Of a DNA stretch of 58,048 nucleotides, positions 39,811-47,892 are shown one piece after another (the stretch's first letter is position 1; each line of letters starts with the position of its first letter). A program made the translations under genes and the position numbers. A model generated the notes under the pieces. The model was not told the origin of the DNA. It searched no databases and was given only the letters and a program-made list of their open reading frames with translations. Source of the stretch: a virus (taxonomy: Duplodnaviria; Caudoviricetes); IMG/VR virus record IMGVR_UViG_3300034128_000015, positions 1 through 58,048 of that record; one strand, given 5' to 3'.

Positions 39811-39826
39811 CTGTTTATCCATACAG
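39811..39826. promoter_or_regulatory. LexA (SOS) box upstream of the methylase
   Basis: CTGTTTATCCATACAG = CTG-N10-CAG. Confidence 0.75.
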
Positions 39827-39844
39827 CAAAGGTCTTGCTTTTAT

Positions 39845-40639
39845 ATGTCCACACCCATCATCCCTTGGATGGGCGGCAAACGCCGCCTGGCCGATCGCCT
39901 CATCCCGCTTTTCCCACCTCACGAATGCTACGTCGAAGTCTTTGCCGGCGGCGCCGCGCTCTACTTCATGCGCCCCCAGGCCGCGCCGGTTGAAGTCCTC
40001 AACGACATCAACGGCGACCTGGTGACGCTGTACCGCGTCGTGCAGAACCACCTGGAAGAATTTGTGCGCCAGTTCAAATGGGCGCTCAGTTCTCGACAGG
40101 TGTTCGAGTGGCAGAAGATGACCCGTCCTGAAACCCTTACAGACATCCAGCGTGCTGCTCGATTTTTCTACCTGCAGCACCATGCCTTTGCCGGCAAGGT
40201 CACAGGGCAGACGTTTGGCACCGCGACCACCGGCCCTGCGATCAACCTGCTGCGGATTGAGGAAAACCTATCTGCAGCATGGCAGCGTCTGTCAGGCACC
40301 TATGTGGAAAACCTGGGCTGGCTTGAGTGTGCCGAGCGCTACGACCGTGCCCATACCTTCCACTACATGGACCCGCCCTACTGGCAGACGGCCGGTTATG
40401 GCGTGGATTTTCCCTTTGAGAATTACGAGCGCATGGCCGACTTCATGCGGCGCTGCAAGGGGAAGGTCATGGTCAGCATCAATGATCACCCGGACATTCG
40501 GCGTGCTTTCGAGGGCTTTCATTTCGAATACCTGGACATTCGTTACAGCAACACCAATCAACGCCAAGGTAAGGCAGAGGTAACCGGTGAACTTGTCATC
40601 ATGAACTGGATACCTTCTGCTCTTGGTTGCCTGTTTTAA
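39845..40639 (+). CDS. DNA adenine methyltransferase (D12/Dam family, orphan)
   Basis: WMGGK, EVFAGG, NDIN, DPPY. Confidence 0.92.
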   Translation: MSTPIIPWMGGKRRLADRLIPLFPPHECYVEVFAGGAALYFMRPQAAPVEVLNDINGDLVTLYRVVQNHLEEFVRQFKWALSSRQVFEWQKMTRPETLTDIQRAARFFYLQHHAFAGKVTGQTFGTATTGPAINLLRIEENLSAAWQRLSGTYVENLGWLECAERYDRAHTFHYMDPPYWQTAGYGVDFPFENYERMADFMRRCKGKVMVSINDHPDIRRAFEGFHFEYLDIRYSNTNQRQGKAEVTGELVIMNWIPSALGCLF

Positions 40640-40716
40640 TCTCGAACTAGCAGTTGAATTAGTTTGACGATTTCGATGGCTAAGGTAAGGGTGCGTTCAA
40701 TGAGTTCGATAATCAT
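40636..40716 (-). CDS. 26-aa amphipathic peptide MIIELIERTLTLAIEIVKLIQLLVRD
   Basis: GGAG RBS shortly before ATG; stop overlaps the methylase stop. Confidence 0.5.
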   Translation of the reverse strand: MIIELIERTLTLAIEIVKLIQLLVRD

Positions 40717-41008
40717 ATGATTCTCCAGGTTGAGTTCAGCTGTCCGGCGCGTTAATTGGCGTCGGTTGCGGTTAGCTTTAAATGACTTGGAGATTAAACA
40801 TATAGGTTGGCTTGGCTGTCAATGCTCTTTAGGTTTTTTCCTGAAGGGCGGCCGCTAAGCCGCAGCCCGCCGTTGTCAATGGATGCATGGGGATGAAAGT
40901 TTCTCAGTTGTTAAGGCTAGATATTCTGTCTAGCTTGCGTAGGTTGCATAAGTTACGTGTTTGCTTAATTACGTACATACGTAAATTTTATAGATGATTA
41001 GCCTTGTA

Positions 41009-41124
41009 GCTATCAAAAGATATCTAGTGGATATCCACTAGGTATCCATTGGCTACTAAAAAGATATCCAGCAAATATTGGATGAATATCTTGGGCATAC
41101 TCATTAGGTGTGCTTTGGATATCC
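41009..41124. repeat. Cluster of GATATC-centred repeats with an 18-bp perfect palindrome
   Basis: CTAGTGGATATCCACTAG at 41024-41041; AAAAGATATC twice; TGGATATCC again near 41117. Confidence 0.6.
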
Positions 41125-41162
41125 TCGCGCGGAGCCTTCTGTTTATGTATGAATTAGGTGCC

Positions 41163-41867
41163 TTAGCTTTGCTCTGAGTCTAGTATCGGGATAATCAAGT
41201 CAGCACCTTGGTTTCGAACGTTACCTACTGAGGTGCCCACCCGAAACCACTCAAAGTCATCGACTGGCTGACAACACTCCTTCGCTATTTCCTCGGCCCG
41301 GCCTAGCGCAAGGCTGGGGTCGATCCATTCCCTGGCATGCGCAGCTGCCAACACCAATGGCTTGCGGTCGTGGATGTCCACCATGCCCTGATCGCTGGCG
41401 GCAGTGATGATCACAAATCCGTCTCCGTCGTGGAGATCCAGGCCAGGATGAACTTGGGCGAGTGCGCCAAAGAACATGGGCTTCTGACTCTTAAGGCGAA
41501 TGAAGTAGGGCTGCTTTCTAGTCGGATCGTCAGGGTCTTTGACCCACTCATACCACCCTTCACTCGGCACCAGGGCTCGGCCATTCGGCCAAAGTTGCTT
41601 GAAGAACCTTCCCGTGGTGACTGTCTCTACACGGGCGTTGATCGGATCAGGGCGCTTGCCCTTGGCCCAGAACGGCGCCCATCCCCATTTGATTGCATCG
41701 ATATGCAGCCCATCCTCTGCGGCGTGCATCAACGGCACTCGCGTCGACGGAGCTATGTTGTAGCGATCAATAGGCTGGGCGTCGTAACCGCTGAACAGCT
41801 CTATCTGGGGACCCAATTCTTCAATGAAGATCGCCATCCCTTCGTACTGCACGAATCGTCCGCACAT
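41163..41867 (-). CDS. SOS response-associated peptidase (SRAP/HMCES family)
   Basis: MCGRF N-terminus, YNIAP, INAR.E, YEW, IHDR.P. Confidence 0.93.
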   Translation of the reverse strand: MCGRFVQYEGMAIFIEELGPQIELFSGYDAQPIDRYNIAPSTRVPLMHAAEDGLHIDAIKWGWAPFWAKGKRPDPINARVETVTTGRFFKQLWPNGRALVPSEGWYEWVKDPDDPTRKQPYFIRLKSQKPMFFGALAQVHPGLDLHDGDGFVIITAASDQGMVDIHDRKPLVLAAAHAREWIDPSLALGRAEEIAKECCQPVDDFEWFRVGTSVGNVRNQGADLIIPILDSEQS

Positions 41868-41932
41868 ACGCACCTCTCCGCCTGTCGAAATCCCCTACAG
41901 AAAAATTGACCGCAATCGCCATACAAAGTTAA

Positions 41933-41948
41933 CTGTACATTCATACAG
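41933..41948. promoter_or_regulatory. LexA box between divergent SRAP and umuD
   Basis: CTGTACATTCATACAG; TTGACC at 41906. Confidence 0.88.
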
Positions 41949-41968
41949 TAATTGTAAAGGGCCGCATC

Positions 41969-42394
41969 ATGAGCTTCACCATTCTAGGTCCCATCGCTGA
42001 GGTCGGCGCAAAGCTGCCGTTGTGCTCGTTCCAGGTCCCGGCCGGTTTTCCTTCGCCGGCAGCGGATCACATTGAGCAGCACATCTCATTGGATGAGGTC
42101 CTGAATATCCGGGCGCCCCACGTGTACCTGGTAGCAATCACCGGTGAGAGCATGCAGGGCGTCGGGATCTTCGATGGAGACCTGGCCGTCGTGGATCGTG
42201 CCATTGAGCCGGTCCATGGGCATGTAGTGGTGGCACTCCTGAACAATGAGCCTGTCTGCAAGCGCTTGTGTAAGCGCGGCCGGGAAGTGGTCCTGCTTTC
42301 CGAGAACCCCAAGTTCCCGGCCCGCTACGTACTTGAGGGCGACGAGCTGTCGATCTGGGGCGTGATCACCAGCACAGTGCGCAGCCATGTCTAA
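41969..42394 (+). CDS. umuD: Pol V subunit UmuD/RulA
   Basis: [18 protein letters not shown]. Confidence 0.92.
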   Translation: MSFTILGPIAEVGAKLPLCSFQVPAGFPSPAADHIEQHISLDEVLNIRAPHVYLVAITGESMQGVGIFDGDLAVVDRAIEPVHGHVVVALLNNEPVCKRLCKRGREVVLLSENPKFPARYVLEGDELSIWGVITSTVRSHV

Positions 42395-43664
42395 GCAACA
42401 GCCGACCTTTGCACTGATCGACTGCAACAGCTTCTATGCCAGCTGCGAACGGGTATTCCGGCCCGACCTGGCGAAGGTGCCCATCGTGGTGCTGAGTAAT
42501 AACGACGGCTGTGTCATCGCCCGGAGCTACGACGCCAAACCCTTCATCAAGATGGGGGAGCCGTATTTCCAGATCAAGCACAAGCTCAAGCAGCACGGCA
42601 TTGTCCCGTTCTCCTCCAACTATGCGCTGTACGGTGACATGAGCGAGCGCGTGATGAGCCTGATCGAGGCGATGGTGCCGGAAGTTGAGGTGTACAGCAT
42701 CGACGAGGCGTTCGCCGATCTGACGGGCATCAGTGGGCTGGATGTCTTAGGCCGGCAGATTCGCGCCCAGGTGCTCCGTTGCACTGGTATCCCTGTCGGT
42801 GTAGGCATTGCTCACACAAAGACACTGGCGAAGCTGGCAAACCACACCGCGAAACGCCTGCAGTCCCAAACCGGTGGGGTGGTCAACATCACCGATCCGG
42901 TTAAGCGTGACTGGGTGCTACGCAATACGGACGTGGCGGAGGTGTGGGGCGTCGGCCGCAAGATGAAACTCCATCTTGATGCCATGGGAATCAAGTCGGC
43001 TATGGACCTGGCTAAGGCCGATCCGTGGACGCTCCGCAAGAAGTTCAGCATTGTGATCGAGAAGACGGCCAGGGAGTTGGGCGGCACGCCTTGTCTGGAA
43101 CTGGATGAGCCGGATCCGCCAAAGCAGGAGATCTGCTGCAGCCGCATGTTTGGCAAGAGGCTGACGGAGCTGCCGCCAATCAAGGAGGCGGTGGCCACCT
43201 ACATGATGCGAGCCTCGGAAAAACTTCGGGCCCAGAACTCGCTTTGCAAGAAGGTGCGCGTATGCATCCGTACCGGCATGTTCAATCCGGAGGAGGCGAA
43301 GTATGCCAATGGGGTGGTGGTGGATATGCCGTATCCAACCGACGACATGCGGCTGCTAACTCAGGCTGCGGTTGGCGCGGTTGATCTCATATTTCGTCAA
43401 GGTTTCAAGTACAGCAAAGCAGAGGTGATGTTGCTCAACTTGTGCCAACCCGGCGAGTACACCGATGATCTGTTTGCAATATCGCAACCAACCGAGGCTA
43501 CTCGGGTTATGACGGTGCTGGACCAGATCAATAATCGGTGGGGAAGGGGGACATTGCGTTCGGCTAGTGTCCCTGAACGTCCTGAATGGGGTATGCGACG
43601 TGAGATGATGAGCCAGAGCTATACAACGCGTCTAGACCAGCTTTGGTCGATCCCTTGCAATTAG
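42387..43664 (+). CDS. umuC: Pol V subunit UmuC/RulB (Y-family)
   Basis: [25 protein letters not shown]. Confidence 0.95.
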   Translation: MSKQQPTFALIDCNSFYASCERVFRPDLAKVPIVVLSNNDGCVIARSYDAKPFIKMGEPYFQIKHKLKQHGIVPFSSNYALYGDMSERVMSLIEAMVPEVEVYSIDEAFADLTGISGLDVLGRQIRAQVLRCTGIPVGVGIAHTKTLAKLANHTAKRLQSQTGGVVNITDPVKRDWVLRNTDVAEVWGVGRKMKLHLDAMGIKSAMDLAKADPWTLRKKFSIVIEKTARELGGTPCLELDEPDPPKQEICCSRMFGKRLTELPPIKEAVATYMMRASEKLRAQNSLCKKVRVCIRTGMFNPEEAKYANGVVVDMPYPTDDMRLLTQAAVGAVDLIFRQGFKYSKAEVMLLNLCQPGEYTDDLFAISQPTEATRVMTVLDQINNRWGRGTLRSASVPERPEWGMRREMMSQSYTTRLDQLWSIPCN

Positions 43665-43942
43665 GTTGGCTTAACTGTCGGGATGTATTGCCCACCTATC
43701 AAAAGCCCCCTTTTTGTGGAGGCTTCGCCTAAAAACATACTTTTACACGAGTTTTTTGAGTTCTATGGATCGAACTTTTAGCAAATTTTCACAATTCCCA
43801 CTAGCCAGAAACGGACCGCGGCCCGAGCGATAAAGGCTTTTCAGTTTCCGGCGCTTGTTTCACGTTTTTTCATTAACCCCGGCGAAGGGATCGATCAACC
43901 ATGCAAAGGACCGTCCTGGTCAGGCGTCAAATAATTAATCCA

Positions 43943-45499
43943 CTAAGCGAAGCTCTGCCGCAGAAGCTTTCTGAATTGCTCGAATGCAGCCATAAAGGAA
44001 ACTGGGTGCTGGCCTTTACGGAACCTATGATTCGACATCAATAGCTGTTCCATCTCTGCCTGGGTTCTCTCTAGGGCATCACCAACACCGATCGGCCCTA
44101 TAACCTCGGAGCCGATTCTTTCGCCGATATGGGGTGAGATGCTAAACCGTCCTCCCCCCGGCTCTTTACTATCCTCTTCAATTTGGTTGAAGAGATTTCC
44201 CATAGAACCCGCTGGCTTATCTTTTAACCATTCAGTAAGTGTTATCAAGTCCTTAAGTGTCATGTAAATAACATCTTTAAGTTTCACGGGAAGGCAGCCG
44301 TATTTTTGTACAAGGGCATCTTCAAAACCATCTTGTATATAGTGGGAAACGTATTCGCCGCCATAGATGTGAAAATCTTCCAGGGTAACAACTATTATTC
44401 TTATTTTTTTGTTTTTAAAACTATCCACTGCGCTTAATTTGAAAGCTGTTTCTTGACCCTGTTCAACACCCTTAATGAAACTATCTTTTAGAAGCTCAGA
44501 GAGCAAACTAGGATCGTATGCGCATCTCATCAATACCGACGGAGTTATCGCCTTTGATTCAAATACGAAAACATCATCTTTATCTACTGCGACATAGTCT
44601 GCGATTTTTCCAATTTTAATCGGGATTATTTTATTTAGATCGGGCATGGAGTATACTTTCAGAGATGTTATTTTTAAGCGTTCTCCTACGTAGCACTCCA
44701 CATCTCCACCAAATTTTCCATAAAACTGCGGACAGCTTTTAAGAACGTCCATTGCAATGCTTCTTAATCCCGAAACACACAACCCGGCATTGAAAATAAC
44801 CAGTCCATCACTTTCAATAATAATTGGTTTGTTTTTGAAGGGTGTTTCTTGATAGAGTTCTGCAGAATTACAATCCTTGACGGAATAAGTGTTGAGATAT
44901 TGGGGCAGCATTTGAAAAGGAATTGCGACAAGTTTCAGGAAGTTAGCTAATGTTTTGTTGCTTATAGCGGGGGATAAATGGGAGTAAAATGCCGTCATAC
45001 TCCACCTAACGACGCTGTTAGGATCTTCCTTGCCCGTTATCGTCATTAGGTAACATGCAATCTTGTAATAGTCGTTTAGGGTGATTCCGACTTTTTTATA
45101 GAAAAGATCATTGTTGAAGTTGAGCGAGCGTTCAAGTAGGGTGCGCTGTAGAATTACTTGGCGCCAGCTATCAGTTATTGGGACTTGGTACCACAGCTGC
45201 TGGATTATCATCGCTCGCATCATTAGCATAAAAATTTCGGGGGAGGTATCTAGTAGTCGATTAGATAGCTTGTAAACCCTATTTACCAATCTTAAAAAAT
45301 CATTTGTATTAATTTCAAGGGAGCCGCTTTTTTCCAAAAGCGAAAGCTTTAAGAAAAACATCACTACCCATGGCATGTTTTTTAAGGAGCGGCCTTGATC
45401 GAGATAATTCAGTGCGCAATTAAAAACTGAATGGTGCGAGTAGCGGGATAAGTCTGTCTTAATATTTTCGAGCTCTCTGGTATATGACGCTACAATCAA
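43943..45499 (-). CDS. Hypothetical 518-aa protein with C-terminal PD-(D/E)xK-like nuclease (candidate anti-phage)
   Basis: E.YV...IADYV...VFESKA; AT-rich; TTG start with GGAGG RBS. Confidence 0.7.
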   Translation of the reverse strand: MIVASYTRELENIKTDLSRYSHHSVFNCALNYLDQGRSLKNMPWVVMFFLKLSLLEKSGSLEINTNDFLRLVNRVYKLSNRLLDTSPEIFMLMMRAMIIQQLWYQVPITDSWRQVILQRTLLERSLNFNNDLFYKKVGITLNDYYKIACYLMTITGKEDPNSVVRWSMTAFYSHLSPAISNKTLANFLKLVAIPFQMLPQYLNTYSVKDCNSAELYQETPFKNKPIIIESDGLVIFNAGLCVSGLRSIAMDVLKSCPQFYGKFGGDVECYVGERLKITSLKVYSMPDLNKIIPIKIGKIADYVAVDKDDVFVFESKAITPSVLMRCAYDPSLLSELLKDSFIKGVEQGQETAFKLSAVDSFKNKKIRIIVVTLEDFHIYGGEYVSHYIQDGFEDALVQKYGCLPVKLKDVIYMTLKDLITLTEWLKDKPAGSMGNLFNQIEEDSKEPGGGRFSISPHIGERIGSEVIGPIGVGDALERTQAEMEQLLMSNHRFRKGQHPVSFMAAFEQFRKLLRQSFA

Positions 45500-45615
45500 A
45501 ACTCACCTCCTGATTTTTACCGAATGTAGCCACCAATTGAGCCAAATCTGATCCACCATACTCCTAGGATCAAAAGTGTCGCTAAGAAATGACCGACCCA
45601 ACACCACGGGAAACT

Positions 45616-45670
45616 ACCCACGGCGTCAGCTTCATTACCGCCGCCTCCAACGCAAGCTGGTTCTCATAGA
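45616..45670 (-). pseudogene. Fragment duplicating part of the small gene at 47401-47622
   Basis: 48/55 nt identical to 47528-47582 (YENQLALEAAVMKLT). Confidence 0.75.
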
Positions 45671-45837
45671 GAGGCTGCTTTCGGCTAAGTTTGAAAAACC
45701 TTTAAGACCACATTATTCCTAACACCCATTCATGCTGCTACTGTGTCTAAAAGAATATGTGCTATGGAACAAGTAGGAATTAGGGCAGACCACGATTAAA
45801 AAATCGCCCAACTGTGGGGCAGCCCAAATCATTCCCT

Positions 45838-46281
45838 TTAGTGTTCAAATTTTTCGATCAGATCCTCTAGTCCGCCTAGCCAAGCAGAGACATCTTTTGC
45901 CTCACTAGGGAGCGACTTATAGTTATGTGCAGCCTCATTTCTAACAGTGTAATCCTTGTCCAGTTTTGCGCGAACCTTCTGATTGGCGTCGAATATTAGA
46001 TCAAGGCGCTTGCGGACTGGGTATTCTTTTAGTGCATCTCTTAAATGTTGCCAGGCAAATCTATCTATCGTTTTTGCCCTCGCATTTTGCTCTACGATTT
46101 CCTTTGATTCCTGCCGAACTAGATATTCGAATTGTCCCCAGCCTAAGAGGTAAAATGCAATGTCAAGCGTCTCTCGAATCTTATTTAAATTTGACGAGTC
46201 AGATGCTCTTTTCCGAATTTCCTCATCAAGCAAACGGGCTAGCTGGTCATATGCGCGCTTGGTCTCACCCACACGGCTCAT
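45838..46281 (-). CDS. Small HEPN-like protein
   Basis: RNEAAH (Rx4H) in a helical protein; upstream FE motif. Confidence 0.68.
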   Translation of the reverse strand: MSRVGETKRAYDQLARLLDEEIRKRASDSSNLNKIRETLDIAFYLLGWGQFEYLVRQESKEIVEQNARAKTIDRFAWQHLRDALKEYPVRKRLDLIFDANQKVRAKLDKDYTVRNEAAHNYKSLPSEAKDVSAWLGGLEDLIEKFEH

Positions 46282-47195
46282 GGCTTCACCATATAGCTGA
46301 TGATTTTTTCTTTTGTAAGCATTTCAGCATTTTTTCGGTTGTCCGGGTCAACTTCACACCAGTTGAAAATTGATTTTTCATCTTTTATTGCTACTAATAT
46401 TCGCGTTTTGACTTGAGTTATAACATCTATTCGTCCCGATGCACCAATCACCCAAAGCCCCCTCGGAACGAAGCTTGCGATAACCTGCTCGCCATGCATA
46501 ACGTCGAGAATCGGAAGCTCTCTATCGCTTACAGCATATTTTTGCATCAATTCTTCAGACATTGTTACAGTCCGTGTTTTTTCGAAGTGTAAAGAACTTT
46601 GGTCGGACAGCCATTCTTCAATTCTTATATAAAACTCCCTTACTCGCGACTCCCAGTCTATGACTCTGTCAACAACCTGGCTTCGCCTAAAAATACTCTC
46701 ACTGGTTTTCTCCCAAACATCTATCGGAGACATTTTTACAAAATCAAGAAGCCCTGCCTCTAAACGTTGAATAACCAACTTCAGGTTCTCAATATTAAAG
46801 TGCCAAACCTGCATTTCTTTTCCATGAAACCTGGCTGCCTTTATTCGTTCTGACGCATAAGAAATGTCTCGATCTTTAGGGTCTCTTTCTCTCACTTTAA
46901 TTTCAATTAGTTTTTCGTTGCCATCTATATCCGTGAGTACTAAGTCTCCTTCGCAGTCGCTGCTATCTTTTTTTTGCAATCTCGTCATGCCACTTACTTG
47001 CAGCGTTTGAACTATACGCTCTTCCGCTACATCACTCTCGTCAGCAACGCGAGGCAGAACAAGAGAATCGGTTTCAGGGTCAAACTTAGACTTTTCAGGG
47101 AGTCCGATGGATGAACCAAAAACAACATATCTATTTCCAATATTGACGAGGACTTGTGTCTGGTTTTTCTGTTCGGGTTTCATATTATTCTGCAC
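46278..47195 (-). CDS. Hypothetical protein with PD-(D/E)xK-like domain
   Basis: E...GDLVL...LIEIK; ATGA overlap with the HEPN gene. Confidence 0.65.
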   Translation of the reverse strand: MQNNMKPEQKNQTQVLVNIGNRYVVFGSSIGLPEKSKFDPETDSLVLPRVADESDVAEERIVQTLQVSGMTRLQKKDSSDCEGDLVLTDIDGNEKLIEIKVRERDPKDRDISYASERIKAARFHGKEMQVWHFNIENLKLVIQRLEAGLLDFVKMSPIDVWEKTSESIFRRSQVVDRVIDWESRVREFYIRIEEWLSDQSSLHFEKTRTVTMSEELMQKYAVSDRELPILDVMHGEQVIASFVPRGLWVIGASGRIDVITQVKTRILVAIKDEKSIFNWCEVDPDNRKNAEMLTKEKIISYMVKP

Positions 47196-47400
47196 TTATT
47201 AAGTTTTTTTGATCACTAATCTTCACGTTTCACACTTTCGACAAGCCATGCGAGGGCGATACTGAAATCGCTATCTAGCTAGAATACGTTAAACGCAATC
47301 TTATTATCTATAGGACGAATGCCCGCGCCTGGCCGGTTGCTGCCGGTTAGCACCTGTGCGCTGCCCGCGTTAGGATTACCGGATGCAAACCTGAAAAGGC

Positions 47401-47622
47401 CTAGGCTTGACCGGAACTCGAAGCCTTGAGCTTGGCCAAGCCCTGTTTGATGTGGCCAGCGTTCTCTCCAATAGCTTCCAGTGCTCCACGGATATTATCG
47501 CCGACCTCTGACGAAGCCCTCTGTTCCACCCACAACGTCAGCTCCATTACCGCCGCCTCCAAGGCGAGCTGATTGTCATAGATCCTTTCCAGAACATCGG
47601 GTAGTGAGTAATCACCTGACAT
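47401..47622 (-). CDS. Small helical hypothetical protein (73 aa)
   Basis: AAGGAG RBS; host-like GC. Confidence 0.65.
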   Translation of the reverse strand: MSGDYSLPDVLERIYDNQLALEAAVMELTLWVEQRASSEVGDNIRGALEAIGENAGHIKQGLAKLKASSSGQA

Positions 47623-47680
47623 GGGGTCGACTCCTTTCGAGAGAAAGATCAAGCATAGCAGCGGCAGTGGAGAAGATGTT

Positions 47681-47810
47681 TAGGGCAAAATTAGGGCAGA
47701 TTCAGGGCCGCCATAGACCGTATGGCGCCATGAGCAAAGGACGAAAACATCGTATTTTCTGGCCTTAAGCGGTATACAGAGACGCAAGGAGGGGTTCGAA
47801 TCCCTATCTC
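47681..47810 (+). other. Relic attachment-end module (arm-like repeat + tRNA T-arm-like fragment)
   Basis: TAGGGCAAAATTAGGGCA; GGGGTTCGAATCCC at 47791-47804. Confidence 0.5.
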
Positions 47811-47892
47811 AATATTGAAATCGAAAGCAGCTATTGCCACTGCGGGAAATTTATGTTGTTTCGATTTCGGCCCAAATTTTAAACTGGGAGTT

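Noticed and set aside
39845-40639. Restriction-modification system
   Set aside because: No adjacent endonuclease; typical orphan phage methylase
40823-40831. boxA-like TGCTCTTTA
   Set aside because: Isolated match in AT-rich DNA with no downstream same-strand operon
43665-43942. Possible sRNA or element end after umuC
   Set aside because: Only a weak hairpin (AAGCCCCC/GGAGGCTT); nothing further supportable
47785-47810. tRNA gene
   Set aside because: Only a T-arm-like fragment; no cloverleaf or CCA end
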